DNA of 64,000 nucleotides from an uncultured Fibrobacteraceae bacterium (GCA_964637835.1 CAZWYF010000007.1:7486-71485), one strand, 5' to 3'; shown: positions 18,896-27,557, counted from the first letter of the stretch. Program-made: numbers and translations. The notes: a model not told the origin generated them from the sequence alone.

Positions 18896-19282
18896 ATGGC
18901 CGGCGAAGACCGCACCGATCAGACCCCGTCGTCTGGGCCGGAGACCGCCACCGGAACCGCCACCGCCGACCCCGTGCCGGGCGTCAGCGACGCCGCCGCC
19001 ACGGGCAGCGAGGGACTGGAGAACGCCAATCTCGATCTGCTCATGGACGTGGATCTCAAGCTCACCGTGGAGCTCGGCCGGGCCCGCCTGAAGTTCCGGG
19101 ACGTGCTCAACCTGACCACCGGCTCGGTGGTGGAGCTGGCCAAGCTGACCAGCGAGCCCGTGGACATCATGGTCAACGGATCGCTGCTGGCCACCGGCGA
19201 GGTGGTGGTGGCGGAGGACCACTTCGCGGTGCGCATCACCAAGCTGCTCAACCGCGTCGAACGCCTGAAGCGGGTCCTGTGA
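18896..19282 (+). CDS. fliN: Flagellar motor switch protein FliN (short SpoA-only form)
   Basis: LDLLMDVDLKLTVELGRARLKFRDVLNLTTGSVVELAKLTSEPVDIMVNGSLLATGEVVVAEDHFAVRITKL is a canonical SpoA/FliN domain. RBS gaaggag precedes ATG 18896. Confidence 0.85.
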   Translation: MAGEDRTDQTPSSGPETATGTATADPVPGVSDAAATGSEGLENANLDLLMDVDLKLTVELGRARLKFRDVLNLTTGSVVELAKLTSEPVDIMVNGSLLATGEVVVAEDHFAVRITKLLNRVERLKRVL

Positions 19283-19656
19283 TGGACCCCGCCGCCCTGG
19301 ACGGGCCGAGCCTCTGGCAGGTGGGCGCCGCGCTGGCGGCCGTGCTCGGCCTGGTGGTGGTCGCCATGAAGGGCCTGCAGCGCCTGCAGGGCCTCTCCGG
19401 TGGCGAGGACGATGTCCGCCTGCTCTCGGTCCGTCGGCTGGGCCCGCGGCGCGAGGTCCAGCGCCTGCGGGTGGGCGAAGCCGTCCACACCATCTATCGC
19501 CATGATGGCGCCATGGTGGTGCTGGCCCAGGAGCCCTGGCGCGAGACCGTCGTTCCGGCGGCTCCCGTGGCCGGCGGGACCGGCTCGGCGGGGCAGCGCC
19601 TGCGTGCCCTGGCCGCCGCCGCGGGCGGCAGGGTGCGGGAGGCCTCCGGACGCTGA
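19279..19656 (+). CDS. fliO: Flagellar biosynthesis protein FliO/FliZ
   Basis: 125 aa. Single N-terminal TM (LWQVGAALAAVLGLVVVAM), then LLSVRRLGPRREVQRLRVGEAVHTI. Position between fliN and fliP. Overlaps the fliN stop. Confidence 0.55.
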   Translation: MMDPAALDGPSLWQVGAALAAVLGLVVVAMKGLQRLQGLSGGEDDVRLLSVRRLGPRREVQRLRVGEAVHTIYRHDGAMVVLAQEPWRETVVPAAPVAGGTGSAGQRLRALAAAAGGRVREASGR

Positions 19657-19806
19657 TCCGAACCTGAGCATGGTTTGGTCGATTCCCGGCCGCCGGTCTC
19701 CCAGGAGCCCGGCGGCCGTCGCATCTGCCGTGGCGGCCGGCCGGGACCAGGGCCGTGCGGCCGCCGTTCCAGGCCCTCCGGCGCCCTTCTGCGCCTCGCT
19801 CTCCCG

Positions 19807-19822
19807 TGGCACGACCGTTGCG
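19807..19822 (+). promoter_or_regulatory. Sigma-54 (-24/-12) promoter TGGCACgaccgTTGCg upstream of fliP
   Basis: Exact GG-N10-GC spacing. Matches TGGCAC-N5-TTGC at 10/10 core positions. Lies in the 213-bp fliO-fliP gap, ~48 nt before the fliP ATG. Confidence 0.55.
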
Positions 19823-19869
19823 ATGACGCCGCCGTCACCCCATCCGTGCGCCCGCCGCCGGGAGGACCG

Positions 19870-20715
19870 ATGCCGCACCCTCAGCGACCCGCGACCCGCC
19901 GCCGTCCACGCCGGACGGCGCCCACCTGGGCGCTGCTGGCGGTGGCCCTGTTCCTGGTCGGCCTGCTGGCCGGTCCGGCGATGGCCCAGTCGCCCGCCTC
20001 GGGCGCAGGTGCGGCCACCAGCCCACCCGACACCTCGGCCATCGGCTCCGCGCTGACCCTGTCGGTGGCCGCGCCGGAGGGCAACGAGGGCGTGGACGCC
20101 GCGGTGCGGATCGTCCTGCTGCTGACCCTGATCTCCCTCGGGCCCGCCCTCCTGGTCACGCTGACCAGCTTCACCCGCATCACCATCGTGCTCGGCTTCC
20201 TGCGGCAGGCCCTGGGGACCACCCAGGCGCCGGCCAACCAGGTGATCCTGGGCCTCGCCCTCTTCCTGACCCTGGTGGTCATGGGGCCAGTGCTCCAGGA
20301 GATCAACGCCGACGCCCTGCAGCCCCTGCTGGCCGGCGAGATCGACGAGCAGACCGCACTGGCCGCTGCCGAGCGCCCGCTCAAGGAGTTCATGCTCGCC
20401 CAGACGCGCGAGAAGGACATCGCCCTGTTCCTCGAGCTCACCGAGCGGGAGGCCCCGGAACGCCCGGAGGATCTCGGCATGCTCGTGGTGGTGCCCAGCT
20501 TCGTGATCAGCGAGCTGAAGACCGCCTTCCAGATGGGTTTCGTGCTGTTCATCCCGTTCCTGATCATCGACATGGTGGTCGCGTCGGTACTCATGTCCAT
20601 GGGCATGATGATGCTGCCGCCGGTGCTGATCAGCCTGCCGTTCAAGATCCTGCTCTTCGTCCTGGTCGACGGCTGGTGGCTGGTGGTCCGGTCGCTGGTC
20701 GCCGCCTACCAGTGA
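19870..20715 (+). CDS. fliP: Flagellar biosynthetic protein FliP
   Basis: Signal peptide WALLAVALFLVGLLAGPAMA. FliP core LTSFTRITIVLGFLRQALG...PFLIIDMVVASVLMSMGMMMLPP. ATG 19870 preceded by gggagga. The upstream in-frame extension is rejected. Confidence 0.85.
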   Translation: MPHPQRPATRRRPRRTAPTWALLAVALFLVGLLAGPAMAQSPASGAGAATSPPDTSAIGSALTLSVAAPEGNEGVDAAVRIVLLLTLISLGPALLVTLTSFTRITIVLGFLRQALGTTQAPANQVILGLALFLTLVVMGPVLQEINADALQPLLAGEIDEQTALAAAERPLKEFMLAQTREKDIALFLELTEREAPERPEDLGMLVVVPSFVISELKTAFQMGFVLFIPFLIIDMVVASVLMSMGMMMLPPVLISLPFKILLFVLVDGWWLVVRSLVAAYQ

Positions 20716-20734
20716 CCTCCCCGGAGGAGGGGCC

Positions 20735-20998
20735 ATGAGTCCGGAAGCCGTCATCGACATCGGTCAGTTCGCCCTGCGCACCACCCTGCTCGTGGCCGGC
20801 CCCATGCTCCTCGCCGGCATGGCGGTCGGTCTGGTGATCAGCATCTTCCAGGCCGCCACCCAGGTGAACGAGATGACCATGACCTTCGTGCCGAAGATCG
20901 TGATCGTGTTCGTGGTCATGGTCCTCAGCCTGCCCTGGGCCATCAGCCAGCTCACGGCCTTCACCGAGTCCATGTTCGCCCGCATCGCCGGGATGTAG
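20735..20998 (+). CDS. fliQ: Flagellar biosynthetic protein FliQ
   Basis: 87 aa, two TM helices. MSPEAVIDIGQFALRTTLLVAGPMLLAGMAVGLVISIFQAATQVNEMTMTFVPKI. Confidence 0.85.
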   Translation: MSPEAVIDIGQFALRTTLLVAGPMLLAGMAVGLVISIFQAATQVNEMTMTFVPKIVIVFVVMVLSLPWAISQLTAFTESMFARIAGM

Positions 20999-21000
20999 GC

Positions 21001-21780
21001 ATGACCCTGGGCGTGGACATGGGGCTGCTGCTGATCACCGCGGTGATCGCCCTGCGGCTGGCGGTGCTGCTGGCCCTGCTGCCCCTCATGGACAACCGCT
21101 CGGTCCCGCCGCTATGGCGGCTGGCCGTCGCCGTCCCCCTGGCCTGGGCGCTGGCCCCGGCCGCGCTGCCGCACCTGCAGGCGCTGCCGCAACCCCTGGG
21201 CTGGCAGTTGCTGGCCATGGAGGCCCTGAATTCTCTCGTCGTGGGGGCGCTGCTCACGTTCGCGGTGAACCTGGTGCTCACCGGCGTGCGGTTCGGCGGC
21301 AGCCTGGCCGGCATGCAGATCGGCTTCGCCATCGTCAATGCCTACGATCCGCAGACCGGCTCCCAGATCTCCATCATCGCCCAGCTCTACTATCTGCTGA
21401 CGGTGCTGCTCTTCTTCGCACTGGACGTGCATCACCACCTCGTGGCCGCCATGGTGGCCTCGGTGCAGGTGATCCCCCCCTTCGCCCTGCCGGACTTCAG
21501 TCAGGCCGCCGGCGTCGTCCTGCGCAGTTACAGCGACGTCTTCATGCTCGGCCTGCGGGTGGCCGCACCGGTGGCGCTGGTCCTGCTGCTGGTGTCGGCG
21601 GCCATGGGCGTGATCGTCAAGACCGCCCCCCAGATCCATGTCCTGGTGGTCGGCTTCCCCGTGAAGATCGCCACGGGGATCTTCGTGCTCGGCGCCACGA
21701 TGGTCTACTTCGGCGGCGTGGTCGAGCGGGCGTATGCCGGGAGCGAGGATCTGCTCGCTCGCCTCCTGGCGGCGTTCTGA
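21001..21780 (+). CDS. fliR: Flagellar biosynthetic protein FliR
   Basis: 259 aa polytopic membrane protein of FliR type. Follows fliQ by 3 nt. Confidence 0.85.
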   Translation: MTLGVDMGLLLITAVIALRLAVLLALLPLMDNRSVPPLWRLAVAVPLAWALAPAALPHLQALPQPLGWQLLAMEALNSLVVGALLTFAVNLVLTGVRFGGSLAGMQIGFAIVNAYDPQTGSQISIIAQLYYLLTVLLFFALDVHHHLVAAMVASVQVIPPFALPDFSQAAGVVLRSYSDVFMLGLRVAAPVALVLLLVSAAMGVIVKTAPQIHVLVVGFPVKIATGIFVLGATMVYFGGVVERAYAGSEDLLARLLAAF

Positions 21781-21819
21781 CCCCGGCTGCCCTGCAGCCC
21801 AGCCGGAAGGAGGTGAGAC

Positions 21820-22881
21820 ATGGCCGAGGAGACCGCGGGTGAGCGCACGGAGAAAGCGACACCCAGACGGCGCGAGAAAGCCCGCGAGAAGGGGCAGGTC
21901 GCCCGATCGCAGGAGGTCAACAGCTTCTTCGTCGTGCTGGCCGGGACCGCCGCGCTCGCGACCACCATGACCCACTTCCACGACGTGCTGGGGCGGAACA
22001 CGGGTTACCTCCTGGGCCAGGCCCACTTCCTCGGACCGGAGAACCTCTTCGGCGTGCGGTACCTGCTGGCGGGCAACGTGGAGGCCATGCTGCTGGCGAT
22101 GGCGCCGCTGGCCGGCCTAGTGCTCCTGGCCGGCCTCGGGGCCAGCCTCATGCAAGTGGGTCTGAGACTGACACCGTCGGCGATGGCCTTCCAGTGGAGC
22201 CGGCTGGACCCCATCAAGGGCAGCAAGCGGTTCGTCCAGAAGAAGACCTTCCTCGAGCTGCTCAAGAATCTGCTGAAGGTGGGGATGATCAGCCTGCTGG
22301 CCTGGCTGGTGATCCGCAGCCTGATGCCCAGCCTCTGCGGCACGGCTGCGCTGGAGCTGCCCGGGATCCTGGACGTGGCCCAGGAGGGATTCCTCAGGCT
22401 CATGCTGGTCCTGCTGGGGTTCCTGGCCATCCTGGCCATCCTCGACTGGGTGCTCCAGAAGCACCAGCACGAGGAGGAGCTGAAGATGTCGCTCCAGGAG
22501 GTGAAGCAGGAGCACAAGGAGTTCGAGGGCGACCCCCAGATCAAGGCCAGGATCCGCGGCCTGCAGATGGAGGCCGCGCGCCGGCGCATGCTGGCGGACG
22601 TGCCCCGCGCCGATGTGGTGATCACCAACCCGACCCACCTGGCGGTGGCCCTGAAGTACGAGGCCGGCAAGCCGGCGCCGGTGGTCCTGGCCAAGGGCGC
22701 CGACCATCTGGCCGGGAAGATCCGCGAGACCGCCCGCGCGGCCCGGGTGCCGGTGATCGAGAACAAGCCGGTGGCACGCCAATTGTATGCGGAGGTGGAG
22801 ATCGGGTCGTCCATCCCCGAGTCCCTGTACCAGGCCGTGGCCGAGATCCTGGCCTACGTCTACCGGCTTCGCAAGTCTTAA
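21820..22881 (+). CDS. flhB: Flagellar biosynthetic protein FlhB
   Basis: MAEETAGERTEKATPRRREKAREKGQVARSQEV N-terminus. NPTH autocleavage site (VITNPTHLAVALKY). Confidence 0.9.
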   Translation: MAEETAGERTEKATPRRREKAREKGQVARSQEVNSFFVVLAGTAALATTMTHFHDVLGRNTGYLLGQAHFLGPENLFGVRYLLAGNVEAMLLAMAPLAGLVLLAGLGASLMQVGLRLTPSAMAFQWSRLDPIKGSKRFVQKKTFLELLKNLLKVGMISLLAWLVIRSLMPSLCGTAALELPGILDVAQEGFLRLMLVLLGFLAILAILDWVLQKHQHEEELKMSLQEVKQEHKEFEGDPQIKARIRGLQMEAARRRMLADVPRADVVITNPTHLAVALKYEAGKPAPVVLAKGADHLAGKIRETARAARVPVIENKPVARQLYAEVEIGSSIPESLYQAVAEILAYVYRLRKS

Positions 22882-22900
22882 CCGACAGTAGGAGAACGAC

Positions 22901-25018
22901 TTGGATCAGGACAGGGTCATCAGCAGAGACCTCGTGCTGGCCAACAGCAACATCATGAGCGCCGTGGCCGTGCTGGTCATTCTCGCGCTCATGGTGATCC
23001 CGGTCTCACCGGTCATGCTGGACGTCCTGATGACCTTCAGCATCGCCCTGGCCGTGGTCGTCATGCTGGTGTCGCTCTACCTGAAGGAACCGCTGCAGTT
23101 CAGCACCTTCCCCTCGCTGCTGCTGGTGATGACGCTGTTCCGGCTGGCGCTGAACGTGGCCAGCACGCGCCTGATCCTCAGCCGGGGCGAGGCGGGGCAG
23201 GTGGTGCAGAGCTTCGGCGACTTCGTCATCGGCGGGAACTACGTCATCGGGGTGATCGTGTTCGTGATCCTGGTGATCGTGAACTTCCTGGTGATCACCA
23301 AGGGCTCCACGCGCATCGCCGAGGTCTCCGCGCGGTTCACGCTGGACGCCATGCCCGGCAAGCAGATGGCCATCGATGCGGATCTCAATGCCGGGATGAT
23401 CACCGAGATCCAGGCCCGGCAGCGTCGCGAGAAGATCTCCAACGAGGCCGAGTTCTTCGGCGCCATGGACGGCGCCAGCAAGTTCGTGCGCGGCGACGCC
23501 ATCGCCGGCATCATCATCACCCTGATCAACATCATCGGCGGCTTCATCATCGGCATGGCCCAGCTGGGCATGACCGGCACCGAGGCCCTGGGCCGCTTCA
23601 CGCTGCTGACCGTGGGCGACGGCCTGGTCAGTCAGGTGCCGGCCCTGCTGGTCTCCACCGCCGCCGGCCTCGTGGTCACCCGTTCGAGCAGCGACCTCAA
23701 CTTCGGCGAGGCCCTCACCCTGCAGATCTTCCGGCAGGGCAAGGCGCTGGACATCGCCGCCGTGGCGCTGGTGGTCCTGGGGCTGGTCCCGGGCATGCCC
23801 ACGTTCCCGTTCGTCATCCTGGGCGGCGGCACCTTCGCCGCCGGCCGCATTCTCGGCAAGCGCGTGGCCAACGCCGAGCGCCAGGACGCCGAGGCGGAGG
23901 CTGCGGCCACCGCCGAGGCCGACGCGCCACCGGCGGGCGATGGGCCGCGCGGGGAGGACCTCTTCGTGCTCGACCGCATGGAACTGGAGATCGGCTACGG
24001 ACTGATCGGCCTGGTGGACGAGTCCCGCGGCGGCGATCTGCTGCAACGCATCGGCAACATCCGCCGCCAGATCTCCTCGGAACTGGGAATCTTCATCCAC
24101 CCGATCCGCGTCCGCGACAACCTGCAGCTACCGGCTGGCGGGTACGTGATCAAGCTCAAGGGCGTGCCCATCGCCAGCGCCGAGCTGCGCGCCGGGCAGT
24201 TGCTGGCCATGAGCACGCAACCCGACTGCGGCGACCTCGCCGGCGTGCCCACCACCGAGCCGGCCTTCAACCTGCCGGCCGTGTGGATCGACGCCGACCG
24301 CCGCGCCGAGGCCGAGGCCGAGGGCTACACGGTGGTCGAGGCCCCGGCCGTCCTCGCCACCCACCTCTCGGAGCTGATCCGCGCCCATGCCGACGAGCTC
24401 CTCAGCCGCCAGGACATCCGCGACATGCTCGAGTCGGTCCGCGAGTTCGCTCCAGCGCTGATCGAGGAGCTGATCCCGGACAAGGTGCCGGTCAACACGC
24501 TCCACAACGTGCTACGCAACCTGCTGCACGAGCGGATCCCGGTCCGCGACATCGTCTCCATCCTCGAGACCATCGCCAACCACATGGGTCCCGGGGCCGG
24601 GAGCGACCTCTTGACCGGCAAGGTCCGCGAGGCCCTGCACCGCACCATCAGCCAGCTGTACGCCGATCCCGATGGTGCCCTGCACGTGGTGAGCCTGCAT
24701 CCGGAGACGGAGCAGACCATCCTGGAGGCCTCGCGCCAGAGCGAGCAGTCCGGCCAGGTGGTGCTCTCGCCGCGCTTCACCCAGGAGTTCCTCGGGCGCC
24801 TGGACCAGGCCCTGCGCGGCGCCTATGGCGCCGGCGCACCCCCGGTGCTGCTGGTGCCCACGCCCGTCCGCTTCTTCGTCAAGCGACTCGTCGAAACCAC
24901 GTATCCCAACCTGGCCGTGATGGGCTACACGGAGGTCGCCTCCTCCGTGCGAATCCAGTCGGCCGGAACGGTGGTCACCCATGGTCACAACCAGCACGAG
25001 CAACAGGCCGTCGGCTGA
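22901..25018 (+). CDS. flhA: Flagellar biosynthesis protein FlhA
   Basis: 705 aa. TTG start with RBS aggaga. FHIPEP motif SARFTLDAMPGKQMAIDADL. Cytoplasmic C-domain. Confidence 0.9.
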   Translation: MDQDRVISRDLVLANSNIMSAVAVLVILALMVIPVSPVMLDVLMTFSIALAVVVMLVSLYLKEPLQFSTFPSLLLVMTLFRLALNVASTRLILSRGEAGQVVQSFGDFVIGGNYVIGVIVFVILVIVNFLVITKGSTRIAEVSARFTLDAMPGKQMAIDADLNAGMITEIQARQRREKISNEAEFFGAMDGASKFVRGDAIAGIIITLINIIGGFIIGMAQLGMTGTEALGRFTLLTVGDGLVSQVPALLVSTAAGLVVTRSSSDLNFGEALTLQIFRQGKALDIAAVALVVLGLVPGMPTFPFVILGGGTFAAGRILGKRVANAERQDAEAEAAATAEADAPPAGDGPRGEDLFVLDRMELEIGYGLIGLVDESRGGDLLQRIGNIRRQISSELGIFIHPIRVRDNLQLPAGGYVIKLKGVPIASAELRAGQLLAMSTQPDCGDLAGVPTTEPAFNLPAVWIDADRRAEAEAEGYTVVEAPAVLATHLSELIRAHADELLSRQDIRDMLESVREFAPALIEELIPDKVPVNTLHNVLRNLLHERIPVRDIVSILETIANHMGPGAGSDLLTGKVREALHRTISQLYADPDGALHVVSLHPETEQTILEASRQSEQSGQVVLSPRFTQEFLGRLDQALRGAYGAGAPPVLLVPTPVRFFVKRLVETTYPNLAVMGYTEVASSVRIQSAGTVVTHGHNQHEQQAVG

Positions 25019-26132
25019 GTCCGCGGCGGTGGTGGAAGCGCCCACGCTGAAGGAGGCGCTCAAGCAGGTCCGGGCGCGGTACGGTGAGGACGCGCGCGTG
25101 ATCCGCAGCCGCACCCTCACGCGTCGTCAGCCCGGCGGCCTCGGCCAGCAGAAGATGGTGGAGGTGCTGGTCGAGCCCAGCAGCGGTCGCGGGCGCGGAT
25201 CGGGCGCGGCGGCCGGGTCGGGAAGCGGGGGCGCGCCCGCGGCCGGCTCGCGCCTGGCGCGGGAGATCGCCGCCGAGGTGCAGCGCATCGAGGACCTCGT
25301 CCGGCAGATCGCCGTGGGCGAGGCCGGGCAGGATCACCGGCGCCGGGCCGTGCAGGCCAATCCCGTCAGCGAGGCCCTGGTGGCCGCCGGAGCGGATCCC
25401 GGCGTGGTCGTCCGGCTGGGCGAGCGATGCCAGGCGGAGACGGGCGCCGCGCCCGGCGACCGGACCGCACTGCTGGAATACCTCGCCCGCAGCCTGCCCA
25501 CCGGTCGCGGGACCTGGCAGGACCTGGGTGGAACCCACGTCTTCCTGGGCGGACCCGGCTGCGGGCGCACCGAGCTGCTGCTGCAATCGGCGGCACGCCT
25601 GGTCGCGGCCGGGCGGTCGGTGCTGGTGCTGTCGGTGCTGCCGCGGCATGCCGGGGAGATCCGCCGCCTGCAGGCCGAGGCTGCGCAGCAGGGCTACGAC
25701 GCGGCGGTGATCCAGAAGCCGCGCCAGTTCGCGGCGGCCGCCGAGCACCTCGAGCGCTACGACGTGGTGCTCATCGACGCGCCAGCCTTCGGGCGTATCG
25801 GCGATGCCGGCGCCGAGGCCCTGCGGCGCGAGATGGTCCAGAACCCGGCCCTGCACCGGCATCTGGTCTTCCCGCTCGATCGCGACCTGCGCGACTGCCA
25901 GGAGCTGTTCGCCGCCGCGCGGGCCTGGAACTGCGACTGGGTGGCGCTCAGCCGGCTGGACCAGTGTGCCCGCCGCGGCAAGATCCTCGACCTGGTGGAC
26001 CGCCTGCCGTTGCCCGTCTCCCTGACCGGCGACGCGAACTGGCCCGATGGCGAGCCGCGCATCGCCAGCCCGGGGCAGTTGACCGAGTTGATCCTCGGCG
26101 CCGCCGCCCAGCGCGACGCGGCCAACGCCTAG
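24981..26132 (+). CDS. flhF: Flagellar biosynthesis protein FlhF homologue (SRP-type GTPase fold with degenerate G1/G3/G4 motifs)
   Basis: 383 aa. Position after flhA. SRP54-type fold: LGGPGCGRTELLL (Lys to Arg in P-loop), VLIDAPAFGRIGD (DTAG degenerate), SRLDQC (TKLD degenerate). Confidence 0.7.
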   Translation: MVTTSTSNRPSAESAAVVEAPTLKEALKQVRARYGEDARVIRSRTLTRRQPGGLGQQKMVEVLVEPSSGRGRGSGAAAGSGSGGAPAAGSRLAREIAAEVQRIEDLVRQIAVGEAGQDHRRRAVQANPVSEALVAAGADPGVVVRLGERCQAETGAAPGDRTALLEYLARSLPTGRGTWQDLGGTHVFLGGPGCGRTELLLQSAARLVAAGRSVLVLSVLPRHAGEIRRLQAEAAQQGYDAAVIQKPRQFAAAAEHLERYDVVLIDAPAFGRIGDAGAEALRREMVQNPALHRHLVFPLDRDLRDCQELFAAARAWNCDWVALSRLDQCARRGKILDLVDRLPLPVSLTGDANWPDGEPRIASPGQLTELILGAAAQRDAANA

Positions 26133-26145
26133 GCAGGAGGGAACC

Positions 26146-26538
26146 ATGCGACGGCTCGTCCAGACCATCGCCCTGGGAGCGGCCCTGCTGGCCGTCGGCA
26201 GCGGCGTCTGGCGCGATTACGACACGTTGATGGTGCTGCGACGGGCGATCACGGCCTACCTCGCCGCCTACCTCGTCGGCGGGGTGCTGGTGCTGGTGGC
26301 CCGCGCGGCCCTCGGCGCCGTGGCCGATCCGCCGCCGCCGCCGCCGGAACCGGAGGCGGACCGGCGCAAGCGGCGCTCCAGGCGCCAGTCACGAGGACCG
26401 GCGAGGAACGCGCCGGATCCCGATCCCGCGGACGCCACCGGAGCCCCGGCGACCGCCACGGAGCCGCTGGCGTCGGCGCCGGAGACCGCGACCCCCGACG
26501 CGCCATCGCCGGAGCCTGCCCCGGCCCCGTCGCGGTGA
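26146..26538 (+). CDS. Hypothetical small membrane protein (two TM helices plus Pro/Ala-rich tail)
   Basis: 130 aa. IALGAALLAVGSGVW and AYLAAYLVGGVLVLVARAAL hydrophobic segments. Good GC3 codon bias. Confidence 0.45.
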   Translation: MRRLVQTIALGAALLAVGSGVWRDYDTLMVLRRAITAYLAAYLVGGVLVLVARAALGAVADPPPPPPEPEADRRKRRSRRQSRGPARNAPDPDPADATGAPATATEPLASAPETATPDAPSPEPAPAPSR

Positions 26539-26545
26539 ACCGGGA

Positions 26546-26561
26546 TGGCACGGAATCTGCA
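26546..26561 (+). promoter_or_regulatory. Sigma-54 (-24/-12) promoter TGGCACggaatcTGCA upstream of fliA
   Basis: GG-N10-GC spacing exact. A single deviation (C for T at -14) from TGGCAC-N5-TTGCA. Lies 37 nt upstream of the fliA ATG in the intergenic gap. Confidence 0.55.
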
Positions 26562-26597
26562 GTCAGCGGGTAGCACGATACCCGAAAGGCGGAGGCC

Positions 26598-27557
26598 ATG
26601 AGCGACAAGCCCGTGATCGCCCATCAGGACATCTGGCAGCGTTACGACGCCGAGGGCTGCCAGCGAGCTCGCCAGGAACTGGTCGAGAAGTACGCGCGCA
26701 TCGTCAAGTACGTGGCCGGCCGCATGGCCATCGGCTTGCCGCACTACGTGGAGTTCAACGACCTGGTCTCGGCCGGCCTGCTCGGCCTGATCCAGGCGAT
26801 CGACAACTTCGACCACACGCGCGGCATCAAGTTCGAGACGTACGCCATCCCGCGCATCCGTGGCGCCATCCTCGATGAGCTCCGCAGTCAGGACTGGTTC
26901 CCGCGCAGCTTGCGGCGCAAGGCCAAGCAGCTCGAGGAGGCCTACGCCACCCTCGAGGCCCGCCTCGGCCGGCCGGCCACCGACAAGGAGGTGGCCGCCG
27001 AGCTCCAGGTGGAGGTCTCCGAGCTCGACGGCATCGTGGGCGAGGTGGCCGTGGCCACGATCATGTCCCTGGATGCCGATGCCTCGAGCGACGAGAGCGA
27101 GCAGTCCACCAGTCTGGGCGATTACATCGCCGACCCCAAGGCCGAGGATCTGGAGAAGGTGATCGCCGCCCAGGAGATGCGGCAGATCATCGCCCAGCGC
27201 ATGGCCGAGCTGCCAGAGAAGGAGCAGCTGGTCCTGGTGCTCTACTACTACGAGGAGCTGACGCTCAAGGAGATCGGCGAGATCCTCGACGTCACCGAGA
27301 GCCGCGTCTGCCAGATCCACACCAAGGCCATCATGCGCCTCAAGGGGAAGATCCAGCGGCACGAGGGACGGCAGTCCATCGGCCGGCTCACCGAGCAGAT
27401 CCGCCGCCAGCAGCCTCCGGCCGCCGCGGCGGACCCGGCGGCCGAGCCGGTGGCCAGCCCCGCAGCCCTGGAATCGGTGAACGTGACCGCCTGTCTGCCA
27501 CTGGCGCCCCTGGCGACGGCCCTGCTGGCAGCGACCCTCGGCTTGCCGGGGGCCTAG
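26598..27557 (+). CDS. fliA: Flagellar sigma factor FliA (sigma-28/SigD) with ~60-aa C-terminal extension
   Basis: Region 2 (DLVSAGLLGLIQAIDNFD), region 3, region 4.2 HTH (LKEIGEILDVTESRVCQIHTKAIMRLK). 319 aa, versus ~240-260 typical. Confidence 0.85.
   Translation: MSDKPVIAHQDIWQRYDAEGCQRARQELVEKYARIVKYVAGRMAIGLPHYVEFNDLVSAGLLGLIQAIDNFDHTRGIKFETYAIPRIRGAILDELRSQDWFPRSLRRKAKQLEEAYATLEARLGRPATDKEVAAELQVEVSELDGIVGEVAVATIMSLDADASSDESEQSTSLGDYIADPKAEDLEKVIAAQEMRQIIAQRMAELPEKEQLVLVLYYYEELTLKEIGEILDVTESRVCQIHTKAIMRLKGKIQRHEGRQSIGRLTEQIRRQQPPAAAADPAAEPVASPAALESVNVTACLPLAPLATALLAATLGLPGA

Noticed and set aside
19675-19869. N-terminal 65-aa extension of FliP in the long ORF 19675-20715
   Set aside because: - The extension is Arg/Pro-rich and precedes the signal peptide.
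- It contains the sigma-54 promoter.
- ATG 19870 with RBS gggagga gives a normal FliP with a signal peptide.
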